From an uncultured Candidatus Saccharibacteria bacterium (lineage in GTDB: Bacteria; Patescibacteriota; Minisyncoccia; Phycocordibacterales; UBA2100): a stretch of DNA of 64,000 bases. Positions within the stretch are counted from its first letter, which is position 1, and every line of letters starts with the position of its first letter. Below the pieces are notes generated by a model. That model was not told the DNA's origin and searched no databases. It saw nothing but the letters and a program-made list of their open reading frames with translations. The DNA is taken from assembly GCA_964594735.1 (NCBI GenBank), contig CAZQMS010000002.1, forward strand, positions 50,023 through 114,022. The letters run 5' to 3'. Made by a program: the position numbers and the translations under genes. Positions 1-10,386 of the stretch are shown in pieces.

Positions 1-1472
1 GCGTTGATAACGTAGTCGTACGAGTATCTCATAATCTTTGCGCCGTGCCGAGTCACGAGTATTTTCTTTCCGGTATCGGCGAGAGAAATTTTTATTACGT
101 CGTGACCGAGAGAGACGCGGAGCTTCGGCAGCCGCTTCATGCGGCGCTCTATGATGCGGCGCAAGGCTTCCGGGTCGTATATACCCTCGTGCGTTACATA
201 CGACGCCGCAACAGATTCTCGTGCTAGCAGTTCTTGCTGTGGCATGGCTCGGAAGAGGGGGAGCCTGTGCGCCCTACACACGGACTCGAATGCACGTGCG
301 CTTACCCGGGAGTTGTGCGCGTCGATGCAATAGTAACTCGCAAAGTCCTGGATGAGCGCATCGCCGTACATCCGCTCAAACGACGCGGTGGAAGACTGTA
401 TCTCGTCGATGGTCTCAGTACTTCGGGGGTAGTGGTATCCCATATGATGTCGGAACTGGTTGTGTGACGTTGTGCCTGCGAGTATCTCGGTCGCGCGGTC
501 GAAGACGTGTACCTCATGGGTCCGCGCAAGTTCGAGAGCTGCGGTCATACCGAACACACCCGCGCCGATCACTGCGACTTTTTTTGCCTTCTGCGGCTTG
601 CACCGCGCTGCGACAGAAACTATACGCGCCCCCACCTCCACATCGGGGTAGTGCTCCCGAGAGCCTGTCACAATGCGCAACCATGCGCGCAATTCTTCTT
701 CGAGCGGTTCGCGTGCGCTCGTACACACGTACGTTTTTGTCGCACCCCGCCGACGTACGACCACACGACGAGAAACGAAGTCTGCTTCGACTCGCTCATT
801 CCTCGATGTCAGGGTGATTGAACGGACTTTCGATCGACCTTTCCAGCCCATAGAAAACGTGGCGTCGGCATTTCGATACCTCAGGCTCGCGGTAACGTGT
901 CGCTCGTCACCTATACACCAGACTGCCTCGGGCGCGCGCTGGAACAAGACATCCATAATGTCGAATACATGCAGGTTCTCGAGAGCGGGATCCTCGCCAC
1001 GATATGTATTGCGCGGGTTGAGGTGCGTACCTTCGATATGCCAAGTCTGGCGCGGGTTGATACTCTTGATGAGACGCGCGGTAACGGGGTGATATCGATA
1101 AATGTGCCCAACGAATAGAGTATGGGGACACTTTTGGGCGAGAGTAGCGAGCGAACGGGCTTCACGTGCAGACGCTGCGAGCGGCTTTTCCACGAAGACA
1201 TGCGCGTGGCGCAGACAGCGGCGGATCAGTGCAGCGTGGGATGAGTACGGAGTCACGACATCGACCGCATCAACGTTCTTGAGCAGTGTATTGGAGAGGG
1301 AAGAGTACACGGGCACTCCAAACGTTCTTCGAAGTGTTCTCGCGTGAATGGCCGACCTGACCACTATGCCCGCGAAGCGGATCACCCCTCTTTTATCAAG
1401 GGCCTCAAGGATGCGAGCGTGATGCTGACCGAATCGGCCTGCTCCTATAAGCAGCACTCGTGGCGTCTTCAT
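1..1472 (-). CDS. Gfo/Idh/MocA-like NAD-binding oxidoreductase, N-terminal Rossmann domain plus a second dinucleotide-binding segment. Partial: the C-terminus runs off the window start.
   Basis: Hand translation of the minus strand from the ATG at 1472: MKTPRVLLIGAGRFGQHHARIL... with no in-frame stop down to position 1. A second GxGxxG (VAVIGAGVFG) follows. It is absent from the ORF track because its stop lies outside the window. Start codon is 4 bp from the downstream GT2 gene. Confidence 0.5.
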   Translation of the reverse strand, partial: MKTPRVLLIGAGRFGQHHARILEALDKRGVIRFAGIVVRSAIHARTLRRTFGVPVYSSLSNTLLKNVDAVDVVTPYSSHAALIRRCLRHAHVFVEKPLAASAREARSLATLAQKCPHTLFVGHIYRYHPVTARLIKSINPRQTWHIEGTHLNPRNTYRGEDPALENLHVFDIMDVLFQRAPEAVWCIGDERHVTASLRYRNADATFSMGWKGRSKVRSITLTSRNERVEADFVSRRVVVRRRGATKTYVCTSAREPLEEELRAWLRIVTGSREHYPDVEVGARIVSVAARCKPQKAKKVAVIGAGVFGMTAALELARTHEVHVFDRATEILAGTTSHNQFRHHMGYHYPRSTETIDEIQSSTASFERMYGDALIQDFASYYCIDAHNSRVSARAFESVCRAHRLPLFRAMPQQELLARESVAASYVTHEGIYDPEALRRIIERRMKRLPKLRVSLGHDVIKISLADTGKKILVTRHGAKIMRYSYDYVIN

Positions 1473-2395
1473 GTTTTCTTCCGTACCTCACGCACGAAAT
1501 AAGGTGACGTATTCGTGATCGCATAGTGCATGCGCAGTGACATCTCGGCCAAGAAACCAATCATAAAAAGCAGAACTCCAAGTATGGTAAAAAGCGTCCC
1601 GACAATCGGAAGTGGGGTGTCGGAAAGGTTCCGTACATCAGAAATCCGGAGCAAGATCGCCGCAGTGAATGCAGTGATGGCAAAAAGCCCCGAGACAAGC
1701 CCCGCGCCGCCGAAAAAGCGCATTGGACGGGCCATGTATCGGACGAAAAACGCAATCGCGACGAGGTCAAACCCTCCCCTAATCATTTTGAGTATCGAGA
1801 CTTTTGCAGAGCCAAACTCGCGTGCGTAATGTTCCACAGACAATTCCGCGATGCGCGCACCGCGTTGGTGCGCGACCGCCGGTAGGAATACTTGTGCCTC
1901 TCCCCAGAGCCGGAAATCTTTAATGAATGAGCTGCGGTACGCTTTGAGGCCGCAGCCGAAATCGTGTATGTGCAGACCGAGCATATTCCGCGCTATCGTA
2001 TTCGCAACTCGTGAGAAGGCGACTCGTGTCCAATGATCGCTGCGTGCCTTGCGCCACCCGATGACGGCGTCGAAACCATCCTCCAACTTTGCGAGAAATC
2101 GAGGAATGTCTCTCGGGTCATTCTGCATATCTGCGTCGAGCAGTACGATGATTTCACCGCTGGCGTGGAAAATCCCGGTGTCGATGGCGGCGGTCTGGCC
2201 GTAGTTGCGTTGCAACCGAATAAGTGTGAGTGGTTTCAGAGAATTGGCAACGTCCACCGAGACGTCAGTCGACCCGTCATCCACAAAGATAATCTCAAAG
2301 GGTCGAGGCTCATCGCGCAAGGCACGAACTATCGATGCATGAAGCCGCCTAAGGTTTTCCGCCTCGTTGTATATCGGTACGACGATGGATATCAT
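1469..2395 (-). CDS. Family 2 glycosyltransferase, polyprenyl/dolichyl-phosphate sugar synthase-like (GtrB/Ppm1-like), with C-terminal TM helices
   Basis: VVPIYNEAENL...FVDDGSTD...DADMQNDP motifs of GT2 (DXD). Two predicted TM helices at the C-terminus, as in GtrB and DPM synthases. Confidence 0.8.
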   Translation of the reverse strand: MISIVVPIYNEAENLRRLHASIVRALRDEPRPFEIIFVDDGSTDVSVDVANSLKPLTLIRLQRNYGQTAAIDTGIFHASGEIIVLLDADMQNDPRDIPRFLAKLEDGFDAVIGWRKARSDHWTRVAFSRVANTIARNMLGLHIHDFGCGLKAYRSSFIKDFRLWGEAQVFLPAVAHQRGARIAELSVEHYAREFGSAKVSILKMIRGGFDLVAIAFFVRYMARPMRFFGGAGLVSGLFAITAFTAAILLRISDVRNLSDTPLPIVGTLFTILGVLLFMIGFLAEMSLRMHYAITNTSPYFVREVRKKT

Positions 2396-3078
2396 ACGCG
2401 TTTCTTGTCATTGTACCGCCGAATGTCCTCAGGTGTACTGAAGGACACCAGGGGTCGTCCGAATACCGCACGCACTCGATGTGACGCGACGAACGAGTTC
2501 ATGATCAGCGCGAGTGGGTATTCTCCACTCGGGTGACGTTCAGGTTTATAGGAAAACAGGTCAGTATTTACCAGCATGAGACCTCCTCCGGCCAAGTCTG
2601 AAGACGGCCGCTTCGGTTTCTCGGTTATCCGAAGAATCCTATTGCCCCTTGCCGAAAGTGTCACGATACCGGATTCATGCGGACGCGGCACGCGGATACA
2701 GAGCCATGAAAGACCTGAGCGCAGGCACGCTCGGACATCACGGGCACGTATTAGCTCGTCACCGTAGATGATTAAGAATCGCTCATGGGCCTTAGTGAAG
2801 AATTTCCTGGCGGCGAGCACTGGGCGGGCCGTGCCGTCGAGCGTCTGTTGTTCGAGGTAGAAAATGCGCTTACCCCGATAGGTATCACCGAAATGTTCGC
2901 GGATTCGGTCACCGCGATATCCGATGACGACGATGACCTCGTCTACCTCTTTTGGAAGCGCGGCAAAAATATGGTCCAGCAAAGGTCGCCCCGCGACTCG
3001 AATGAGGGCCTTGGGCTGGTGTTTAGTGAGGTGGCGCATCCTCTTGCCGCGTCCGGCAGCAAGGATTATGGCTTTCAT
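2392..3078 (-). CDS. Sugar-phosphate nucleotidyltransferase (NTP-transferase family)
   Basis: N-terminal MKAIILAAGRGKRM (G-x-G-T-R-like pyrophosphorylase signature). 4-bp overlap with the downstream GT2. Confidence 0.7.
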   Translation of the reverse strand: MKAIILAAGRGKRMRHLTKHQPKALIRVAGRPLLDHIFAALPKEVDEVIVVIGYRGDRIREHFGDTYRGKRIFYLEQQTLDGTARPVLAARKFFTKAHERFLIIYGDELIRARDVRACLRSGLSWLCIRVPRPHESGIVTLSARGNRILRITEKPKRPSSDLAGGGLMLVNTDLFSYKPERHPSGEYPLALIMNSFVASHRVRAVFGRPLVSFSTPEDIRRYNDKKRV

Positions 3079-3082
3079 GGCG

Positions 3083-3532
3083 TCACTGTATAGAGCGTGT
3101 TTCTGATGTCAATTTGGTTGAGGGGGGCTCGTGAACTGGTCCAAATATGACAAATCGGTACAAGAGAAAGCTTTCTGCGGCGATGATGGCGCTTGCGATG
3201 AGTTGCGCGATGACGTACCAAAGCCCAAACCATTCGACGAGCACGTACAGAAGGAGAGTGTTGAGGCCGAGGTTACCAAGCGCTACGGCAAAATAGAGAC
3301 CGGCTTGCGAACCAACCCTATGTGTCGAACGCTCGGCAAACGTCCACCACTTCTGCATGGTGAAGCTCACGCAGAATGCGAGCACGAATGCGACAACGGA
3401 AGAAAGGATGTACCAGAGACCCGCGAACTCCGTAAGCACGTAAAGTGTACCGACGTTGACAGCCGTTGCTGTTCCGCCGGAAATGAGGAATCGGATGACG
3501 AGCAGGCTCCCGGCGGCGAGTGAAGGATTCAT
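3083..3532 (-). CDS. GtrA-family membrane protein (polysaccharide synthesis / bactoprenol-sugar flippase-like)
   Basis: ~149 aa with 4 TM helices and a GtrA-like N-terminus (FLISGGTATAVNVGTLYVL...WWTF). It sits next to the GtrB-like GT2. Confidence 0.65.
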   Translation of the reverse strand: MNPSLAAGSLLVIRFLISGGTATAVNVGTLYVLTEFAGLWYILSSVVAFVLAFCVSFTMQKWWTFAERSTHRVGSQAGLYFAVALGNLGLNTLLLYVLVEWFGLWYVIAQLIASAIIAAESFLLYRFVIFGPVHEPPSTKLTSETRSIQ

Positions 3533-3558
3533 AGTGTATTGTTGCGTATAACCCTACT

Positions 3559-5010
3559 ATGAATTTCCACGAGCGCCTATCGAAGGACGTGGTTCTCGTC
3601 GCTATAATCGTTGCGATTGCACTCGTAGTGCGAATTGTTTCCTTTTCATACCTCTACGTTGTTGCGGAATCGAACTCGGCGGCAAGCCCGTATCCTGTTG
3701 TCGCAGGCGATTCAACGCACTATGTCACGTTTGCAACTAGTCTGCTTGAGCGTGGGACGTACGAAGAGTCACCCGGTGTACCGCATCGGGGCTGGCCCGT
3801 TGGGTACCCGCTTCTCCTCGCTGCTGCGAAACTCCTGACTGGCAGCATGATACCGCTCATTCTGCTGCAGCTCGTTCTCACCTGCGTCGCGATAGCTCTT
3901 ATGTATAGAATGGCGCTTGCACTCGTGCCCCGCACGTTCGCGCTCTTGCCACCATTCGTGTATGCGCTAGACCCCATGGTCGCGTTTGTCGACTCGACGC
4001 TGCTGACAGACGGGCTTTTTAGCGCACTCATGGTCTGTATGATTTACCTACTGTTCTTCGCACGGCGACCCAGACCTCTCACACGGTATGCGCTTTCTGG
4101 GGCAATACTCGGGATGGCGATACTGCTTCGCCCCATCGCGCAGTTCCTCATACTGGTCATTCCTGTGGTAGTGGTATTCCACGCATGGTACAACCGCGCG
4201 CTGAGCGCCTCGCACGGGTGGCGGGTCGCGACATTCGTCGTACTGTGCGCGGTCTTCGTGACGCCATGGATGATGCGCAATCAGCTTGTATTCGGTTCGT
4301 TCGAGGTCTCGAATCTTGGTGGGTACAATCTGCTTACGAACCATGTGCGAGGATTTCTCGCGTGGCGTGCTTTCAGCGAGAGCGATACGCCGGTGCCCGC
4401 GATACTCGCGATGCGTCGAGCGGATAACCCGATATATACTGAAGTCACGGAGCGTATTGAATCAGATCTTTCGCTCCGTACACCGGATGGGGAAGACAGA
4501 CTTTCCTACATGGGGGGACTTGCGCTTTCGTACATATTCGCCGATCCCGTCCGGTATGCATATTTTCATTCCGTGAATACGACACCCTTCTTTCTTTCGA
4601 GCAGCATTGCGTCGTATGGACAGATTGTTCGTCAGCTCGGGAAGAACGAGGGCTTTTTTGCGCCCGTCATGGTCGCGCTCGTCGAGACGTGGCAACAGAT
4701 GCGCGACCCGGAAAGCGTGGGTGCGCTTTTCGTGGCGGTGCGCTCCGTGGCACTGGTCGTCCTTGAGATCGGGGCGTGGGCGCTCGCGACGCTTCTTGCG
4801 CTCTGGGGTCTTTACACGCGCAGGAGAGAGTTCCCCGTGCTCCTGTGTGCGCTTCTTGTGGCGTATTTCGCCGCACTCACTGGACCGATGTCGAACTCCA
4901 GATACCGCATACCTGCTGAGCCCTATCTATTGATACTGACTGCGGTCGGATTGCATGTCCTCGCGCGACGAGGGCAAGCGCCGCCACGCCATGAGGTAGA
5001 GCGCATATGA
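3559..5010 (+). CDS. Polytopic membrane glycosyltransferase, PMT/ArnT-like (GT39/GT83-type) candidate
   Basis: 483 aa with more than 10 predicted TM helices. The architecture is typical of polyprenyl-phosphate-sugar dependent GT-C enzymes. The family call is by architecture only. Confidence 0.45.
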   Translation: MNFHERLSKDVVLVAIIVAIALVVRIVSFSYLYVVAESNSAASPYPVVAGDSTHYVTFATSLLERGTYEESPGVPHRGWPVGYPLLLAAAKLLTGSMIPLILLQLVLTCVAIALMYRMALALVPRTFALLPPFVYALDPMVAFVDSTLLTDGLFSALMVCMIYLLFFARRPRPLTRYALSGAILGMAILLRPIAQFLILVIPVVVVFHAWYNRALSASHGWRVATFVVLCAVFVTPWMMRNQLVFGSFEVSNLGGYNLLTNHVRGFLAWRAFSESDTPVPAILAMRRADNPIYTEVTERIESDLSLRTPDGEDRLSYMGGLALSYIFADPVRYAYFHSVNTTPFFLSSSIASYGQIVRQLGKNEGFFAPVMVALVETWQQMRDPESVGALFVAVRSVALVVLEIGAWALATLLALWGLYTRRREFPVLLCALLVAYFAALTGPMSNSRYRIPAEPYLLILTAVGLHVLARRGQAPPRHEVERI

Positions 5011-6653
5011 CGCGCACGAGAGAGGCGATCGTCGTATTCGTCACGTTCACTATCATTGCGGCGGCGGGAATCGCACTCAGCTTGTCGGCGCCGTATGTAC
5101 AGGATAGTGATGAGCTGACGTACCTCGTCGGTACACTCCAGGCTACGAAGGGAACGTTGCCGGACGCTGACATGCTCAAGGGGTACGATACGGGGCCGTA
5201 CCTCTATCCTCATGTTCTTGCTCGATGGTATGAGCCGCTCGGACACAATACGTTCAAGTCCGCGTACCTCTTCGTCCTCATCGTGGCGATGGGGTCGTCC
5301 GTGTACGTCGCAGCACGCCTCCTCTGCCTGCCGTGGATGCTCTCGCTCGTCTATGCAATAGTCGCGCTTATGCCGCGTTACTCCGCAGGGCTCGAGACGC
5401 TCGGCGCGCTCACTTTCCGAGAAGCGCAAGGGAGAGCAATGGCGGTCCCGCTCTTCTTCATAGCGAGCGCCTTGATTGTCCGGCGAATCAGTAGCGGCAG
5501 ATCGCTATGGCCTCTATTTGCGATCGTCGGCCTATGCTCCTTCCTTCACCCGGTCACTGTCATGCTTTTCGCATGTGTCGCACTCATCGGCTCCGCCGTC
5601 GCGCTCTTTGCGCGCGGCGCTCAGTTCCTGCGAGTGGCGCGCGAGGTTTTGTTCTCGGGACTTGCGTTCCTTGCAGGAGGTGCGTACTTTTTTATCGAGG
5701 TGATACGCCGGTTGTTCTCTGGCTCATCGGGCGAAGCTGTAGATGTAGACGCGTACGTACGCGCTGTGACAGAGCGCGTCGCCTGGGAATTCCCTTCCGC
5801 AACGCTCGCGTGGTTTCCCCACATGTTCATCGTGAGCGCGCTTTTTGTTGCGGTGCTTGTGGTCTGGCGCACTGTGCCGTCTCTGCGTGCTCTCACTGAA
5901 AGATTCCCGTTGCCGTACGGACGAGATCTCTACCTCTGGGGAAGCACTGTGGCGATCTCGGCGCTCGTTCTTTGCGTGGCTCTCCCCGGGGCAAACCTTT
6001 ATGTGATGGAGCATTTTGGTGCGCCGTACATCTTCCAGCAGTGGAGTAGGATTGCGAAATTCTTTTACTTCGGATTGCTCTTTGCCTCTATGCCCGCTAC
6101 CTACGCGCTTTGGATGCGTGGACGCGAGCGTTTCAATGCCGTGGTGGTCGGCATCTCGTTCCTGATCTGTGGTGTGGCAAGCTCCTCGTTCGCATTCGAG
6201 CTAGCGCAGTTCGTCGCGGGGTATCCAAATTATGAGCGCGCGTACATTCCGCAATTGCTCTCAGGTGCGCTGAGCGATACGACTCCGTCAGAATACCGGG
6301 CTGTCTGCGATGCGCTTAAAAATGCGGGAATTACATCAGCTGCGACGGTGCTCAGTGGGGACTTCGCCCTCCGGTACTATTGCGAAGCCAACCTGTTCGT
6401 GACGAGCGAGGAGGGAGGGGCGCTCTTGCAGCGTCCGCGGACGGAGGTAGTGTCATGGCACGAGCGTCTGCTCGCGCAGCGTGAAGCCCTCAACAGTGAT
6501 GATCCGTCAACGATTGTCGATTTTGCTGACAGTATTGGTGCGGAGGCCATTGTCCTAACTTCGCGTAATGCGCGTGCCAATTTTGATTCGCTCGACCGGG
6601 TACAAGTGATTAGAACGTCGACGCACACCGTCGTGCGACTGATTGCACCGTAG
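5007..6653 (+). CDS. Polytopic integral membrane protein (GT-C-like / hypothetical)
   Basis: 548 aa with many TM helices. 4-bp overlap with the upstream gene implies an operon. Confidence 0.45.
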   Translation: MTRTREAIVVFVTFTIIAAAGIALSLSAPYVQDSDELTYLVGTLQATKGTLPDADMLKGYDTGPYLYPHVLARWYEPLGHNTFKSAYLFVLIVAMGSSVYVAARLLCLPWMLSLVYAIVALMPRYSAGLETLGALTFREAQGRAMAVPLFFIASALIVRRISSGRSLWPLFAIVGLCSFLHPVTVMLFACVALIGSAVALFARGAQFLRVAREVLFSGLAFLAGGAYFFIEVIRRLFSGSSGEAVDVDAYVRAVTERVAWEFPSATLAWFPHMFIVSALFVAVLVVWRTVPSLRALTERFPLPYGRDLYLWGSTVAISALVLCVALPGANLYVMEHFGAPYIFQQWSRIAKFFYFGLLFASMPATYALWMRGRERFNAVVVGISFLICGVASSSFAFELAQFVAGYPNYERAYIPQLLSGALSDTTPSEYRAVCDALKNAGITSAATVLSGDFALRYYCEANLFVTSEEGGALLQRPRTEVVSWHERLLAQREALNSDDPSTIVDFADSIGAEAIVLTSRNARANFDSLDRVQVIRTSTHTVVRLIAP

Positions 6654-6711
6654 TATTGCTCCTCAGTTGCGCGTTTGTTTCGAGGGATAAGGTCACATAT
6701 ACTGGCTACCA

Positions 6712-7410
6712 TTGCTCATGAAAGTCGATGTCTGCATCCCGGCGTACAACGAGGCGCGCATCATCGCCGACTCTGTGCGCCGCGTACAAAATGTCATGGC
6801 TTCGCGCGGAATCGATGCGCACATTTGTGTCGTGGATAACGGATCGACAGATGGAACGGCGAATGCCGTAGTAGCGACTGGAGCGAGCGTGCTTCGCGTA
6901 GATGAGAGAGGCAAGGGCGCCGCGGTCATCTCGTGCGCTCGAGCATCGCAGGCCGATACCTTCTGCTTCATCGATGCTGATCTCTCTGCCGATCCGGGAG
7001 ACATGTCGGAGTTGCTCGAGCTGATTCGGACTGACGCGTGCGATATCGCTATTGGTTCGCGGCTTCTCAACACGCATGTCGTGCGCAGGGGTGTGTTCCG
7101 CACGTTTACCTCGAAGGTCTTCAATACGTTGCAGCGTCTTATTGTCGGCGTTGGTGCGAGGGATGTGCAGTGCGGGCTCAAATGTATGAACGTGAAGGGG
7201 CGAGCACTTCTCGCGACGTGCGAAGAGAAAGGATGGTTCTTTGACATGGAGCTGCTTGCGCGGGCAGAAAAGTCAGGACTGCGCGTAAAAGAAGTCCCGG
7301 TACACTGGCAGGAAGACAGGTATAAGGGCAGGAAGAGCAAACTGCGCCTCCTACGGGACGGCGCGGGTGCGCTCCGTGCTATGTTCCGTATCAGAAAAAT
7401 GCTTAGATAG
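6712..7410 (+). CDS. Family 2 glycosyltransferase (DPM-synthase-like, soluble)
   Basis: VCIPAYNEARII...VVDNGSTDGT...IDADLSADP motifs. Confidence 0.8.
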   Translation: MLMKVDVCIPAYNEARIIADSVRRVQNVMASRGIDAHICVVDNGSTDGTANAVVATGASVLRVDERGKGAAVISCARASQADTFCFIDADLSADPGDMSELLELIRTDACDIAIGSRLLNTHVVRRGVFRTFTSKVFNTLQRLIVGVGARDVQCGLKCMNVKGRALLATCEEKGWFFDMELLARAEKSGLRVKEVPVHWQEDRYKGRKSKLRLLRDGAGALRAMFRIRKMLR

Positions 7411-7415
7411 CCGGT

Positions 7416-8126
7416 ATGGAACGCCAAGCCTTTGAGCTCCTGAAAAAGATGGAATCCTCGTGGTGGTACCGAGGTCGCGCCGCTGCGATGCGCGCAGCAC
7501 TCGCACGCGCGGGATTTGAGCGGGTGCGCGAAGTGCTTGATTTTGGAGCGGGCTTTGGTGGGATGTATCGAGAGCTCGCGCTCTGTGGCGAGGCTGTGTT
7601 CGCGTTTGAGCCCGATGCAGAAGCCCAGCGAGTCGCGCGTGAGCATCCTTACGCGGCGATTTTCTCTACGGATACGGAAGCACTTTCACGAGCATACGAC
7701 CTCGTTGGCCTTTTTGATGTGGTTGAGCATATCGAGCATGACGATGTTTTCCTGAAGAAGGCTTACTTGGCACTTCGCGGGGGTGGCCGCGTAGCGATTA
7801 CGGTGCCAGCTTTCCCTTTTCTTTGGAGTGTACATGATGTGAATCACCATCATTTCCGCCGGTACACCAAGGCGAGTATGACGTCAGTTCTCAGGAGTGC
7901 AGGATTCGAGGTCGAATACGCGAGCTATTGGAACATGTCGCTCTTCATCCCCGCTGCGCTGATGCGTCTCGTCGGACGTTCGGGGGAGGGAACGCTTACG
8001 ATGTCCCCTTGGCTCGATGCCGTTTTCTTCGCGGTGGTCTGGCTCGAGTCCCGCCTTTTGCGATTCGTGCCGCTTCCTTTCGGAACGGGTCTCGTGGTGA
8101 TCGCGCGCAAGGCTTCAGGAACGTAG
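7416..8126 (+). CDS. Class I SAM-dependent methyltransferase
   Basis: VLDFGAGFGGM motif I and a downstream acidic motif. Confidence 0.7.
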   Translation: MERQAFELLKKMESSWWYRGRAAAMRAALARAGFERVREVLDFGAGFGGMYRELALCGEAVFAFEPDAEAQRVAREHPYAAIFSTDTEALSRAYDLVGLFDVVEHIEHDDVFLKKAYLALRGGGRVAITVPAFPFLWSVHDVNHHHFRRYTKASMTSVLRSAGFEVEYASYWNMSLFIPAALMRLVGRSGEGTLTMSPWLDAVFFAVVWLESRLLRFVPLPFGTGLVVIARKASGT

Positions 8127-8136
8127 TGCGAGGATT

Positions 8137-10386
8137 GTGGCGGACAATCGGCAGGGTGCTACAATCCCGGCTATGACGATACTGGAAAAGACGCTTCGCT
8201 GGATTGCGCTCGCCGGCGTGTTTGCGCTCCCGTTTGTGTGTCTATTGGTGACCTCGTCGCTCTTCTTTCCCTACATTACGGGTAAGAACTTCGCCTTTCG
8301 CATCATCGTCGAGATAAGCGTCGCCGCCTGGCTCGCGCTCGCACTCGTGAACCCCGCATATAGACCCCGGCGCTCGTGGGTACTCGCGGCACTCGCTGTA
8401 TTTGTTGCCATTATCGGGCTTGCCGACATCCTCGGCGAATACCCCTTTAAGAGCATCTGGAGCAACTACGAGCGCATGGACGGGTGGGTGACAATCGCGC
8501 ACCTCCTCGCGTACACCGTGGTCGCCGCCTCGATGCTCCAGACGGAGAAGCTCTGGCGGTGGCTGTGGTGGACGACGCTCGGCGTGTCTGCGTACCTCGC
8601 CGTATACGGCCTCTTCCAAGTTACCGGCCAGATTGCACTCGGTCAGGGTGGTGCGGCGGGATTGAGCGGCCGCATTGACGCGACTTTCGGCAATCCCATC
8701 TACTTCGCGGCGTACATGCTCTTCCACATATTCCTTGCGGCGATGCTCTGGGCGCAGCAGTGGGTGGAAAAGGGCCAGCGGAAGCGCGTCGGCATCTCGC
8801 TCGCGTACGGCTCCATCATCGTGTTCGATACCATCGCGCTCCTCCTCACCGGTACGCGCGGCGCGATTCTCGGTCTCGTCGGTGGCGCACTCCTCGCGGC
8901 GCTTCTCGTGCTCGTGCAAGCAAGTCATTCGCGCAATGCTTGGCGCGCAGCGGCAGCGATGGTTGTGGGCCTCCTTGTGCTTATCGGCGGGTTCTTCATG
9001 GTAAAAGACCAGGCATGGGTGCAGCGCATCGGTTTCCTCCAGCGCCTCGCCACCATCTCGCTCGATGATGCGACGACCAAGGCGCGCTTTATCAACTGGT
9101 CTATGGCATGGCAAGGCGTACAGGAAAAGCCGATTTTGGGCTGGGGTCAGGAGAACTACGCGCTCGTCTTCGACAAGTACTACGACCCGCGCATGCACAG
9201 TCAAGAGCCGTGGTTTGACCGCGTGCACAACATTGTCTTCGACTGGTGGGTCGCAGGCGGGACGCTCGGCCTCCTCGCGTACCTCTCGATATTCGTGGCG
9301 GCGCTCTCTGCGCTCCTCTTTTCGCGTGGTTTTAGTATCGCGGAGAGGTCTATTCTCGTGGGTCTCCTGGCGGGCTATTTCGTGCACAATTTCTTCGTTT
9401 TCGACAACGTAACAAGCTACATCCTCTTCGGCACGGTGCTCGCTTTTATCGCGTATCGAGCCAGCAAGGCACGAGATGCGAAAGCACTCTGGAGTGGCGC
9501 AATCAACCGCACGTACCTCCCGTACGTTGCGACGCTGTCTGCACTCGCGCTGCTTTTCGCGGCGTGGGGTATCAATCAAAAGCCGCTCGCGGCGAATAAA
9601 CTCCTGCTCCAGGCGCTCGCGCCGCAAGGACAGCCTGCGACAAATCTCGACTTCATGCGGCAATCGATCGAACTTGGCACCTTCGGGATGCAAGAGGCGC
9701 GGGAGCAGCTAGCGCAGATGGCAGCACAGGCGAGCCAGATGAATATTCCCGACGACACGAAGCGGCAATTCTTTGAGCTCGCTGCATCCGAAATGCGCAA
9801 GCAAGAAGATATGTCGCCTCTCGATGCGCGGTTCCCGCTCTTTCTCGGCGTGCTCTACGGCGCCTACGACTTGCACGACGACGCAAAGGCAGCGTACGAG
9901 CGCGCGCTTGCAGATTCTCCAAAGAAACAGGCAATCCTTATTCAGCTCGCGGAAAATGCGGTGGCGCGCGGCGATACAGCGGCTTCGCTCGCGTACTATA
10001 AGCAGGCGCACGAGCTCGAGACAGACTTCCCGACAGCGGCAGTGCTTTACGGTTCGGCACTTATCTTGAGCGGTGAGACGGAACAGGCAGAAGCGGTGCT
10101 CGCGCCGTATATCGAGAGAGGGCAGGCTGCAGATACGCGCCTCCTTGCAGCGTATCGTTCGACGAACCAGCTCGCGCGCAGCGTACCTGTGTGGGAAGCG
10201 GCAATACGCACAAATCCACAGGATGCGCAGCTTTACTTCACGCTCGCAGCAATTCATTACCTCTCAGGCAACAGGACTGCGGCTGTCGCGGCGCTCGAAG
10301 ATGCAAAGCGTGCGATACCGGGCATCGCCGGAGAGGCCGACACCGTGATAGAGCAGATACGCACCGGTACTGCCGAGGTGCTCTAA
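8137..10386 (+). CDS. O-antigen ligase/polymerase (Wzy_C-like) membrane protein with a C-terminal TPR repeat domain
   Basis: N-terminal ~450 aa has more than 10 TM helices with a large loop. C-terminal ~250 aa is Ala/Leu-rich and TPR-like (AYERALADSPK..., LAAIHYLSGNRTAAVAALEDAKRA). Confidence 0.65.
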   Translation: MADNRQGATIPAMTILEKTLRWIALAGVFALPFVCLLVTSSLFFPYITGKNFAFRIIVEISVAAWLALALVNPAYRPRRSWVLAALAVFVAIIGLADILGEYPFKSIWSNYERMDGWVTIAHLLAYTVVAASMLQTEKLWRWLWWTTLGVSAYLAVYGLFQVTGQIALGQGGAAGLSGRIDATFGNPIYFAAYMLFHIFLAAMLWAQQWVEKGQRKRVGISLAYGSIIVFDTIALLLTGTRGAILGLVGGALLAALLVLVQASHSRNAWRAAAAMVVGLLVLIGGFFMVKDQAWVQRIGFLQRLATISLDDATTKARFINWSMAWQGVQEKPILGWGQENYALVFDKYYDPRMHSQEPWFDRVHNIVFDWWVAGGTLGLLAYLSIFVAALSALLFSRGFSIAERSILVGLLAGYFVHNFFVFDNVTSYILFGTVLAFIAYRASKARDAKALWSGAINRTYLPYVATLSALALLFAAWGINQKPLAANKLLLQALAPQGQPATNLDFMRQSIELGTFGMQEAREQLAQMAAQASQMNIPDDTKRQFFELAASEMRKQEDMSPLDARFPLFLGVLYGAYDLHDDAKAAYERALADSPKKQAILIQLAENAVARGDTAASLAYYKQAHELETDFPTAAVLYGSALILSGETEQAEAVLAPYIERGQAADTRLLAAYRSTNQLARSVPVWEAAIRTNPQDAQLYFTLAAIHYLSGNRTAAVAALEDAKRAIPGIAGEADTVIEQIRTGTAEVL

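Noticed and set aside
8242-9693. 483-aa minus-strand ORF, Arg/Glu-rich
   Set aside because: It is entirely antisense to the Wzy/TPR gene and its composition is typical of a spurious ORF in high-GC DNA. The plus-strand gene has coherent TM helices and TPR repeats.
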